In this document: positions 16,940 to 23,803 of the stretch, piece by piece
Position numbering within the stretch: position 1 is the first letter of the stretch
Layout of the letters: each line of letters opens with the position of its first letter
Source of the DNA: a virus
Lineage: Duplodnaviria; Caudoviricetes
Reading direction: 5' to 3' (one strand)
Virus record (IMG/VR): IMGVR_UViG_3300032295_001488
Span: 1-24,076 of that record
DNA length: 24,076 bases
The notes under the pieces: generated by a model
Told to the model about the DNA's origin: nothing
The model's database searches: none
Seen by the model: the letters and a program-made list of their open reading frames with translations, nothing else
Position numbers and translations under genes: made by a program

Positions 16940-17837
16940 AGTTTCTCCTGATGTAGTCGCATGTTTGCATGATGCCGTCACGAATCGGCGTGAACTTGAA
17001 GTCGGGGTAGTAGTGTGTGAACCGACTGTTGTTCGTAGGTTTGCGGAGTATACCCTCGGGCTTCGTCGTGTCAAACACAATTTCGCCATCGAAGTCGAAG
17101 CACTCGGCAATGATCTCCACGATGCTTCTGATCGAATGCTCCTCGCTCGGAGACACAATCATAAGATTTGGTATATCTCGGGGATCCTCATGGATCATCA
17201 TGATCGCTCGGGCGATGTCGGGAGCGTAGATGAACTCCCGCTCGGCTCGACCGCTACCCCACACATGGAACGGGGTTCCGTCACGCTTGGCGAGGTAGCA
17301 CTTGTGGATCAGGCTAGGAATGACATGACCGCTGTCTAGGTCGTAGTTGTCGTTCTTGCCGTAGATGTTGCACGGGATGATGCACCTTGCTTGGATACCC
17401 GCCGTGCTTAGGGCACGGGCACCGACCTCAAGCATGCGCTTGGCATAGGCGTACCCATAGTTCGTGTAGTGGGGTTCGCCGTGATGGAGCATCCCTTCGT
17501 GCACGGGATACTCGACATCGGATGGAAAGACACAGGTGGAAAGCATGAAGGTTGCTTTCCGAATCTTGTGTTCCTTGCAAGCCCTGACGATGTTTGCGTT
17601 GATCGTGAGGTTCTCGCTGAAGAAGTCGAGAACCTGTTCGTGGTTCGCCTTCACTCCACCGACCTTTGCAGCGAGATGCACGATCTCCGTGACGCTGCGT
17701 CCTCCGATGTAGGAGAACAGTTGCGGATAGTTCAGAAGGTCTAGTTCTCTTCGGGTTGGCTTTTTGCCCCACTCGTCGGAAATCTCCGAACCTATGAGAC
17801 CATGCCCACCCGTTACCAATCTGTTCAAGTTTTTCAT
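16920..17837 (-). CDS. fcl: GDP-L-fucose synthase (GDP-4-keto-6-deoxymannose epimerase/reductase)
   Basis: Motifs VTGGHGLIG, HLAAKVGG, LSTCVFP, NYGYAYAKRM, SGHVIPSLIHK and WGSGRAEREF. Confidence 0.93.
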   Translation of the reverse strand: MKNLNRLVTGGHGLIGSEISDEWGKKPTRRELDLLNYPQLFSYIGGRSVTEIVHLAAKVGGVKANHEQVLDFFSENLTINANIVRACKEHKIRKATFMLSTCVFPSDVEYPVHEGMLHHGEPHYTNYGYAYAKRMLEVGARALSTAGIQARCIIPCNIYGKNDNYDLDSGHVIPSLIHKCYLAKRDGTPFHVWGSGRAEREFIYAPDIARAIMMIHEDPRDIPNLMIVSPSEEHSIRSIVEIIAECFDFDGEIVFDTTKPEGILRKPTNNSRFTHYYPDFKFTPIRDGIMQTCDYIRRNYDGIRK

Positions 17838-17847
17838 AGCGACCCTC

Positions 17848-17855
17848 TATCTAGG
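17848..17855 (-). promoter_or_regulatory. Late-promoter variant CCTAGATA
   Basis: Occupies the short intergenic gap before fcl; the CTAGATA core recurs before two other genes. Confidence 0.5.
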
Positions 17856-18275
17856 TCACGCCTCAAGGGCATAGGAGGTCGTGGTCTTGCAGTAGTCGTA
17901 GTCTTCGTCGTTCGATTGATCTTCCTTGACGAAGTACTCCTTCACGGGGGCAACCGTGATGTCGAACTTATAGAGAGAGACATCTGACAATCGATGAAAC
18001 CCTGCGTTGACGAGGTCTTCCCAAACCTCCTTCGCCAATCCCTTCGACATGTTGTTGGTCGTGAAAAGGCGGAAAATCCCATCGACTTCGGTAGGCGAGT
18101 TCGTGCATGCGATGTGCGAGACCAAATGGGTCGTGCGGAACGGATAGACCGCCACATCCGCAAATTCTCCCTCGGGAACGCAGAAGGCAATGATGTAGTC
18201 CATTCCTTCTCTGTCCTTACCAAACAGGAAGTGATTGGTGTACTTTCCCTTTTGGATCATGATGAATTCACCCAT
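17856..18275 (-). CDS. Hypothetical protein
   Basis: Operon-like packing; start uncertain (18275 or 18260). Confidence 0.65.
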   Translation of the reverse strand: MGEFIMIQKGKYTNHFLFGKDREGMDYIIAFCVPEGEFADVAVYPFRTTHLVSHIACTNSPTEVDGIFRLFTTNNMSKGLAKEVWEDLVNAGFHRLSDVSLYKFDITVAPVKEYFVKEDQSNDEDYDYCKTTTSYALEA

Positions 18276-18555
18276 GATTGTTTCGTGCTCCTGTGCTCTC
18301 CCACAGGAGTTCATCGATCCGCCCACTAAGTTCGCTGTTGGTCTTCTTCAGGGCTTCGATCTCTTCGACCGCCTTGCGGAACCCTGCCCGTTCCTTGTCG
18401 CTGTACGCTTCCTTGTCGTTGGCGCATGTGGTGAGGAACTTCACAAGATCGAACTCCTTCTTCGGAGTCGGCTTTCGCTTGGGGCTGTCCAACTCGACAC
18501 GAACTCCTCGCTTGAGACCGTTTGCCGTGCGACGATTGCGGTATATGCTGTTCAT
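18268..18555 (-). CDS. Hypothetical protein (basic N-terminus, coiled-coil C-terminus)
   Basis: Starts MNSIYRNRR at 18555 with a GAGGA RBS and ATGA coupling. Confidence 0.7.
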   Translation of the reverse strand: MNSIYRNRRTANGLKRGVRVELDSPKRKPTPKKEFDLVKFLTTCANDKEAYSDKERAGFRKAVEEIEALKKTNSELSGRIDELLWESTGARNNHG

Positions 18556-18815
18556 GAGTTCCTCAGTTCGTTTTGGAATTCTGCGACTGCGGCGTAGATG
18601 TTCTTGAAGTACTCGCCCTCGGAGTCCAACATGAAGTCGAGGTAAGGCAGCATCTGATTGACATGCATCAGAAGCAGGGTGTAGTCCCTGATGTCGCTGC
18701 GCCAATTGTCGGCTTCGAAAAGTGCTTCCATCACCAACAGGGTTTGGGTGATGATCGATCCTTCTTGCGGGATGCTTTGGGGTTCACTATCGAAGGGAAA
18801 TGCGTTCTCTTCCAT
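18552..18815 (-). CDS. Hypothetical acidic protein
   Basis: Starts MEENAFPF at 18815 with an AGGAG RBS, after a promoter. Confidence 0.7.
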   Translation of the reverse strand: MEENAFPFDSEPQSIPQEGSIITQTLLVMEALFEADNWRSDIRDYTLLLMHVNQMLPYLDFMLDSEGEYFKNIYAAVAEFQNELRNS

Positions 18816-18836
18816 GGTTTGGCTCCTGTTCCTACA

Positions 18837-18864
18837 AGTATAGCAAAATGCCACGCTAACGCAA
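18837..18864 (-). promoter_or_regulatory. sigma70-type promoter TTGCGT-N16-TATACT
   Basis: -35 at 18859-18864, -10 at 18837-18842. Confidence 0.6.
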
Positions 18865-18893
18865 GTGTGGCGAGACGATTCCGAAAAGATTCG

Positions 18894-18983
18894 TTAGAGC
18901 AGGGCGATGAACGCAAGCACGGTCAGGTAGACGATCTTGCGGTTCTCATCCGTGGTTGTCAGGAGGTCGTGCATCATGTCCAT
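18894..18983 (-). CDS. 29-aa peptide with a hydrophobic C-terminus (not in ORF track)
   Basis: MDMMHDLLTTTDENRKIVYLTVLAFIALL; C-ending codon bias like real genes; no clear RBS. Confidence 0.45.
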   Translation of the reverse strand: MDMMHDLLTTTDENRKIVYLTVLAFIALL

Positions 18984-19005
18984 AAGTATTGTGCTATACC
19001 CCGAC

Positions 19006-19047
19006 AAAAAAGCAACCCCCCTCCCTGTGAAGTTGAGAGGGGGGTGC
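19006..19047 (-). terminator. Intrinsic terminator after the cohesin-dockerin gene
   Basis: On the minus strand: GCACCCCCCTCTC-loop-GGGAGGGGGGTTGC followed by TTTTTT. Confidence 0.8.
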
Positions 19048-19088
19048 ACATGTAGGTGTCAAATCCCTACATTCTGTACTTATGGGAC

Positions 19089-19850
19089 TTAGCCCCAATT
19101 GTCAAGCAGAATTCCCAAATCGGGGGAATCAACCACTCCGTTGCCGTTCAGGTCGCAGGGGTTTCCCTTGAACGATGCCTGTCCCCATGCTGCGATCAAC
19201 TGCGCCAAGTCTGATGAATTGACCGTGCCGTTGCCATCGATGTCCCCGACTCTCATGTTTCCGATGACAGTCGCATTCGTCAGAACACCTGTGGTCGAGA
19301 GACCTGGGATGTAACTGCCGTAGACGATGGTCTTTTGTTCGGCATTGATATTGATCTCGGGTATGAAATACACATTGCTCTCAGAGAAGGGAGCAAGGAC
19401 TCGGAACCGCAGTTTCACGATCTGCACGGGTTCATCGATGAGCCACACGCTTCCCAACTTTCCATATCCGTAATACAAGGCGTTGCCGTCTGCGGGTGGA
19501 ATCGATTCGTTGATTCCTGTGTAGTCGCCACCGATGCCCTCGCAGTTCTGATACCCAGCGGGGCATGGCATTCCGCTCGGGGGAACCCAAAGAAGCGGAT
19601 GCGAACCGACATGGGAAAGACCGATGAACTGAAGTTCGTTCGGATTCCAACCGAAGACGATGTCCGCAACAAAGTATCGTTGCGGTGTGGTCTGTGCCGA
19701 AGCGATGATCTGTACTTCGATCTCTTCGTCAACGCCCACGGCACTCGTCGGTGCGACCATGGTGAGATCGATCTTCGCATTCGGGTCTGTCTGTGCTTGT
19801 GTGGATGCTGCGATTCCCAACGCAAGCAATATTGCTGTCATGATTCTCAT
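19089..19850 (-). CDS. Secreted protein with a cohesin-like beta-sandwich and a C-terminal dockerin-like domain
   Basis: Signal peptide MRIMTAILLALGIAASTQA. Cohesin-like pattern (VGVDEEIEVQI, ADIVFGWNPNELQF, IVKLRFRVL). Paired Ca-binding repeats GDIDGNGTVNSSDLAQLIAAWG and CDLNGNGVVDSPDLGILLDNWG. Confidence 0.8.
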   Translation of the reverse strand: MRIMTAILLALGIAASTQAQTDPNAKIDLTMVAPTSAVGVDEEIEVQIIASAQTTPQRYFVADIVFGWNPNELQFIGLSHVGSHPLLWVPPSGMPCPAGYQNCEGIGGDYTGINESIPPADGNALYYGYGKLGSVWLIDEPVQIVKLRFRVLAPFSESNVYFIPEININAEQKTIVYGSYIPGLSTTGVLTNATVIGNMRVGDIDGNGTVNSSDLAQLIAAWGQASFKGNPCDLNGNGVVDSPDLGILLDNWG

Positions 19851-20050
19851 GTGTCTCCTCCTTTTGTTTCTGATGCCTTCCACTTTAGAAGTGTCCTGCT
19901 AGCGATATACATGCACCCCAAAGCCGTGCCGCAGACGATGAGGTAACGGCTGTTCTCAGCGTCACCTCTTTGTCCTTCGATCAGCCCGATCAACACGGGT
20001 GCAAGTGCCACCCAAAACTCTGTGGTCTTGGTTCCTGACTTCTGCTCCAT
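19847..20050 (-). CDS. Small two-hydrophobic-segment protein, holin-like
   Basis: KSGTKTTEFW motif, two hydrophobic segments and a charged C-terminus; AGGAGG RBS; late promoter upstream. Confidence 0.55.
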   Translation of the reverse strand: MEQKSGTKTTEFWVALAPVLIGLIEGQRGDAENSRYLIVCGTALGCMYIASRTLLKWKASETKGGDT

Positions 20051-20137
20051 GTAACCTCCTATATCAATGGAAATCCGCTCGGGACTGCGCTATACACACC
20101 CCGTGGCGGTAGAAATTCTGACGATTTGATGTATTCC

Positions 20138-20145
20138 TATTTATG
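20138..20145 (-). promoter_or_regulatory. Late promoter (CATAAATA)
   Basis: Directly after a terminator, upstream of the holin-like and cohesin-dockerin genes. Confidence 0.7.
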
Positions 20146-20174
20146 AAAGAACCCCCGTCTTGCGACAGGGGCTC
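20146..20174 (-). terminator. Intrinsic terminator after the PEP-CTERM-like gene
   Basis: GAGCCCCTGTC-GCAA-GACGGGGGTTC followed by TTT. Confidence 0.8.
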
Positions 20175-20200
20175 GTTTCGGTTGGGTATGTTGTATTGTC

Positions 20201-20875
20201 TCAGCGGCGGCGGCGACCAATCATTCCCGCCATACCAAGGAGGGCAATCGCACCAGGGGAAGGAGCAGACAATACGAATGCACCTCCTGCGGTATTGCCA
20301 ATGAAGTTCGGGAGTGGTCGCCAATCACCCCAATCATACTGACCGTTATTATCGGTGAACCAAAACCCATCGACATTCTCACCCTGCGACCACACGAACT
20401 GATCTCCCGCCGCATCATTGAGTTGTGCGCCGATGTTCATAAAGTAGTTGCCTGTCGTGATTTGGAATGCCAAAGGAACAACGAACTCATAGACAGGTTG
20501 ACCGAAGAAATTGAAGTCACCCGTTTCACCCCACTTGATGTTCGCCAAGTCGATCTTCTGATTGAACACTTGGGACTCAAAGTTCGAATCCCACACAATG
20601 ATCTGAAAGCAATCGATGTTTGAGATTCCCTGATCGTTGAAGCCGTTCATCGAACCCCACCATCTGAGTGACGATGTGGTGTATGAATCTTCAAGACTGA
20701 ACGCTTGCGCCCCACTCTGAGCGTAGGTATATGCGCCATTTGAATCGAATGCATCTGAGTAGAAGCCAACTGTATCCACAACTGGATTGTTGACCACGAT
20801 GAACTCTGCGTTGACTGCACCACAGATAGAAGCCGCAGCAAGTGCGGTAGCCACACAAGTCTCTCTGACAGACAT
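20201..20875 (-). CDS. Secreted protein with a PEP-CTERM-like C-terminal sorting signal
   Basis: Signal peptide ending GAVNA; C-terminus APSPGAIALLGMAGMIGRRRR (Pro motif, TM segment, Arg cluster); AGGAG RBS. Confidence 0.85.
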   Translation of the reverse strand: MSVRETCVATALAAASICGAVNAEFIVVNNPVVDTVGFYSDAFDSNGAYTYAQSGAQAFSLEDSYTTSSLRWWGSMNGFNDQGISNIDCFQIIVWDSNFESQVFNQKIDLANIKWGETGDFNFFGQPVYEFVVPLAFQITTGNYFMNIGAQLNDAAGDQFVWSQGENVDGFWFTDNNGQYDWGDWRPLPNFIGNTAGGAFVLSAPSPGAIALLGMAGMIGRRRR

Positions 20876-20939
20876 GCTTACTCCTGTTTCATTTTCGAAA
20901 CTGTTGGGGTTTCCCGCTGCACCTATGCGGGGATAATTC

Positions 20940-20947
20940 TATCTAGC
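20940..20947 (-). promoter_or_regulatory. Late-promoter variant GCTAGATA
   Basis: Intergenic, 64 nt upstream of the PEP-CTERM-like gene. Confidence 0.45.
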
Positions 20948-20993
20948 GGCGTGTCTTTGAAGATACTGTTTGTGTGTCTAAATTTGCTTTAGA

Positions 20994-21293
20994 TCACAGG
21001 TCGATCTTTCTGTAACCACATCGCCACAAAAGGTTTGCGAGGTCTCGTCCGTTTCGTGTGACGCTCTCCTCGGACTCGTCGGGGTACAGAGCGTGAAGAG
21101 CCTCATGGAGGATCGTCTCCATTCGATCCTTGCCTCTCATGCTCTTTCGTATTCTTATTCCCCTGTCTTTGTCATTGGGGTGGCTACAATCTGCCCACCT
21201 GTCGGCGGGTATCTCACGACTCAACACAAACCGAATTCTCCATGTCCTTCCACCCAAACGAATAGTAAAATCGTCCTTTGGGTTTTGGGGCAT
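20994..21293 (-). CDS. Small HExxH zinc-metallopeptidase-like protein
   Basis: Motif METILHEALHAL; likely start MPQNPK at 21293, adjacent to the upstream stop. Confidence 0.7.
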   Translation of the reverse strand: MPQNPKDDFTIRLGGRTWRIRFVLSREIPADRWADCSHPNDKDRGIRIRKSMRGKDRMETILHEALHALYPDESEESVTRNGRDLANLLWRCGYRKIDL

Positions 21294-21294
21294 G

Positions 21295-21504
21295 CTAGTT
21301 TCTCGGTATCGTTGTGTCGGATACGACCATCCACGCTCTAAACGGATCTTTCCGTAGGAGATGCCGTGCCCGTTTGATTGCTTCTTCCTGTCTGCGAACA
21401 CGGGCAAGGGTTCGCTTCATTGCCTTCTGTAGTTGCCGAATCTCGTCATTCGCCATCGAAGCGTACTGATTCAATTCTCTTGGAGTAATGGGTTCTGCAT
21501 CCAT
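21295..21504 (-). CDS. Hypothetical basic helical protein
   Basis: GGAGG RBS 8 nt before ATG 21504 (MDAEPITPRE). Confidence 0.65.
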   Translation of the reverse strand: MDAEPITPRELNQYASMANDEIRQLQKAMKRTLARVRRQEEAIKRARHLLRKDPFRAWMVVSDTTIPRN

Positions 21505-21512
21505 AGCACACA

Positions 21513-21541
21513 CCTCCGTACCTGTTTATGCAGCACGGAGG
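21513..21541 (-). promoter_or_regulatory. RBS-sequestering hairpin with late-like CATAAACA in its loop
   Basis: CCTCCGT...ACGGAGG inverted repeat; motif at 21523-21530. Confidence 0.55.
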
Positions 21542-21552
21542 CTCAAAATGAC

Positions 21553-21577
21553 AAACCCCCACACTTGGTGGGGGTCT
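21553..21577 (-). terminator. Probable terminator
   Basis: AGACCCCCAC-CAAGT-GTGGGGGTTT stem downstream of the 21599 stop, with a weak U-tract. Confidence 0.65.
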
Positions 21578-21598
21578 TATGTTTTTCGTTTCTTTCAG

Positions 21599-21907
21599 TT
21601 ACTCAGGGACGGTCTGATCGTAGTAGTACTGCCCCTGCTCGGTCAGGTTGTACTCGGGGTTGCCCTGCTCGTCCCACACCGTCACCTCGACCAGTTTGCC
21701 ATCCGTGCCCGTGGGCAGGGTAGCGTTCTCCTCAAGGGCTCCCATCAGGATGGAGACCGCCATGGAGGGATTGTTGGTCAGCATCCACACCGCCATCTCT
21801 TGGAGGTTCATCGTGGCGGGACGATCCTTGTAGGTCATCCAATGCGCCTCGGCGGTCTCGGTGGCAGGGGCGGGAGGGGTCATGACGGCGGTGGCTGTCT
21901 GTTTCAT
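21599..21907 (-). CDS. Monocistronic early hypothetical protein with an acidic C-terminus
   Basis: AAGGA RBS; starts MKQTATAV at 21907; has its own promoter and terminator. Confidence 0.75.
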   Translation of the reverse strand: MKQTATAVMTPPAPATETAEAHWMTYKDRPATMNLQEMAVWMLTNNPSMAVSILMGALEENATLPTGTDGKLVEVTVWDEQGNPEYNLTEQGQYYYDQTVPE

Positions 21908-21928
21908 GGGAGTTCCTTTCACGCCCAA

Positions 21929-21957
21929 ATAGTACAGTACCTTTGCAGTCGTGTCAA
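21929..21957 (-). promoter_or_regulatory. sigma70-type promoter TTGACA-N17-TACTAT
   Basis: -35 at 21952-21957, -10 at 21929-21934. Confidence 0.75.
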
Positions 21958-21967
21958 GCCCCATGCA

Positions 21968-22023
21968 AACTGTCCTCCTGAGAAGGACAGTTATCGGACA
22001 ATCTAGCCGTCTCAGAAGGACAG
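21968..22023. repeat. Inverted and direct GGACAG-containing repeats
   Basis: AACTGTCCT/AGGACAGTT inverted pair (21968-21976 and 21984-21992); AGAAGGACAG direct repeat (21981-21990 and 22014-22023). Confidence 0.6.
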
Positions 22024-22024
22024 A

Positions 22025-22123
22025 TCAGTCTTCTGTGCCAAAGATGTTCTTGTAAAAGTATGTGGCACAAGCACTTGCGGTGAGAATGAACACCGTAATT
22101 GAGATGATCTCTGAGGTAGGCAT
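22025..22123 (-). CDS. 32-aa single-TM peptide (not in ORF track)
   Basis: MPTSEIISITVFILTASACATYFYKNIFGTED; AAGGA RBS; CCTAGATA motif upstream. Confidence 0.6.
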   Translation of the reverse strand: MPTSEIISITVFILTASACATYFYKNIFGTED

Positions 22124-22141
22124 GGTGATTCCTTGAGCGGA

Positions 22142-22149
22142 TATCTAGG
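22142..22149 (-). promoter_or_regulatory. Late-promoter variant CCTAGATA
   Basis: Intergenic, just upstream of the RBS of the 32-aa peptide. Confidence 0.5.
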
Positions 22150-22185
22150 AACCATCACATTAGAAAATGGTTCAGCATCCGTGAA

Positions 22186-22386
22186 TCATGGGACGATCCT
22201 GTTCTTGATCTCCATGAGCGAGACCTGAACCTCGGTGCCAAGATCGGACGAGTACAGCCAAACATCATCCTTGTCATACATCGCTGAGATTTCATAGATT
22301 CCCGTGAATCCTTCCTCGGGATCATCCCACATGACCTTGTCACCCACCTTGATGTTGCCGATGTTCTGCTTTCGGGACTTGCTCAT
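22186..22386 (-). CDS. Small SH3/KOW-like hypothetical protein
   Basis: IKVGDKVMW...TGIYEI beta pattern; ATGA-coupled. Confidence 0.65.
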   Translation of the reverse strand: MSKSRKQNIGNIKVGDKVMWDDPEEGFTGIYEISAMYDKDDVWLYSSDLGTEVQVSLMEIKNRIVP

Positions 22387-22724
22387 CGTGAATCGCCTTT
22401 CGTAATCATTCGTGCGACCTCGGTGCCGACCAAGGTATCGAATTGGTTGCGCTCGGTGCTCGGAAGATCCGTCTCGCTGTAGTTGAGTGCGACGATTCCC
22501 GTGAGCATGTCGATGACACCGTGGTTCTGCGTGTATGCATACGCATCGGCTTCGTTGTCGAAGTGCTGCGTTGCGACCGCAAGGAACTTCTCATGCGAAT
22601 CGGGATAGAACTGCCGTGTGTACGCATCCTGCACGATGTAGACACTCTTGCAGTCGGGCAATCTCATGAAGGGAATGCCCAACTCATCGATTCCGTAGTG
22701 AATTGTTCTTCTTGATGGTTGCAT
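22383..22724 (-). CDS. Hypothetical protein
   Basis: Probable start MQPSRR at 22724; operon packing. Confidence 0.65.
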   Translation of the reverse strand: MQPSRRTIHYGIDELGIPFMRLPDCKSVYIVQDAYTRQFYPDSHEKFLAVATQHFDNEADAYAYTQNHGVIDMLTGIVALNYSETDLPSTERNQFDTLVGTEVARMITKGDSR

Positions 22725-22935
22725 ATCTCTTGTTCGCTTTCTTGTCCCAATGAAACCCCGCCAATGCGTGGAACGCATCATCGATGAGTATTGCTAGGTC
22801 TTCTGCCGATCCGTTCTTCGTCTTGGGGTTGTAGTACCCATCGTAGTCGAACAGGAGGATTGCGGCGTTGCCGATCCTCCGCTCAAGTTCAGCGTATGAA
22901 TTCTTACGCACCTTCTTGCGAACCATCTTACTCAT
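22684..22935 (-). CDS. Hypothetical protein
   Basis: GAGGA RBS; overlaps its neighbours. Confidence 0.7.
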   Translation of the reverse strand: MSKMVRKKVRKNSYAELERRIGNAAILLFDYDGYYNPKTKNGSAEDLAILIDDAFHALAGFHWDKKANKRYATIKKNNSLRNR

Positions 22936-23155
22936 CGGATCTTCCTCGCATTGAGTTCATCTGTGCCTTGAGATGCGCCGACTCCACACGGAGCCGAAAC
23001 GACTCTGCAAGCAATGACTTGATGCAATGCTGACTGTCGAGCAGGAGAAGCCTATCGCCATAGACCATCGGTTCCGTCGAGCCGCTCAGTCGTGTTTCGA
23101 TCTGCTCCAAGGTCGTGAGACACTTGCTGCGATCCTTGTCTGTGTCGCTGACCAT
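22928..23155 (-). CDS. Hypothetical protein
   Basis: GGAG RBS; starts 1 nt after the upstream stop. Confidence 0.65.
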   Translation of the reverse strand: MVSDTDKDRSKCLTTLEQIETRLSGSTEPMVYGDRLLLLDSQHCIKSLLAESFRLRVESAHLKAQMNSMRGRSDE

Positions 23156-23156
23156 G

Positions 23157-23615
23157 TCATTCTCCGTCCGTCTTGCGGAAGTGTTCGTTGTTGTGATCGC
23201 CTTCGTTCAGACCCAACTCCTCGTCCAATCTAGCGAGGTGGTCCAACGCCATATTGCGAACCGCAATCTCCTGATCCGTGGGGGGAACTCTTACATTCCC
23301 ATACACGATCATCTTCTGATGGACTCTCCGAATCTCGGCGGCAACAGTCTCGGCAAGGATCGGCTCACGGATTCGATATTGGTCTTCCATGAACTCGTCC
23401 GTGATACGCATCCATGTGTCGGTGGAACGGTTCACCATGTCGTACTTCACGAAGTACATGAACGGTGCGCTTTCAATCTTTCGAAGCCGCCGCTGCAACT
23501 TACCGATGGCGTGGTATGCCTCCGACATGGTGCGGACAACGCCCTCGGGTAGATCGGTGCGCTTGGTCAGCACACGGACTTCGTATGCGATGTCTTCGAT
23601 TTCTTCTGGGTTCAT
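23157..23615 (-). CDS. Hypothetical protein
   Basis: AAGGAG RBS; ATGA coupling; C-terminal ALDHLARLDEELGL helix. Confidence 0.7.
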   Translation of the reverse strand: MNPEEIEDIAYEVRVLTKRTDLPEGVVRTMSEAYHAIGKLQRRLRKIESAPFMYFVKYDMVNRSTDTWMRITDEFMEDQYRIREPILAETVAAEIRRVHQKMIVYGNVRVPPTDQEIAVRNMALDHLARLDEELGLNEGDHNNEHFRKTDGE

Positions 23616-23803
23616 TTATCGCTCTCCTTGTAGCAATCCCAACCCTTGGCTTTAGCGAAGTCGTGCTGCATTTCAGTACTGCTAAAATGCAAACGGCAGT
23701 ACATCCGCCTCGCCTCGTCACGCTCTGTGGTCAAGCGGTTGATGATTGCCATCAACTCTTGGTTACGCATGAGAATGTCCTCGTACTCCATGCCCGTGTT
23801 CAC
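23612..23803 (-). CDS. ERDEARR/GWDCYKE-family small protein, copy 2
   Basis: LTTERDEARRMYC...KGWDCYKE; GTGA-coupled start. Confidence 0.75.
   Translation of the reverse strand: MNTGMEYEDILMRNQELMAIINRLTTERDEARRMYCRLHFSSTEMQHDFAKAKGWDCYKESDK

Noticed and set aside
16940-17158. 73-aa N-terminal extension of Gmd in the ORF track
   Set aside because: It overlaps fcl; the RBS and Rossmann motif support a start at 16939.
20570-20600. GTTCGAATC resembling a tRNA T-loop
   Set aside because: No T-stem or cloverleaf, and it lies within a coding gene; no tRNA was seen in the window.
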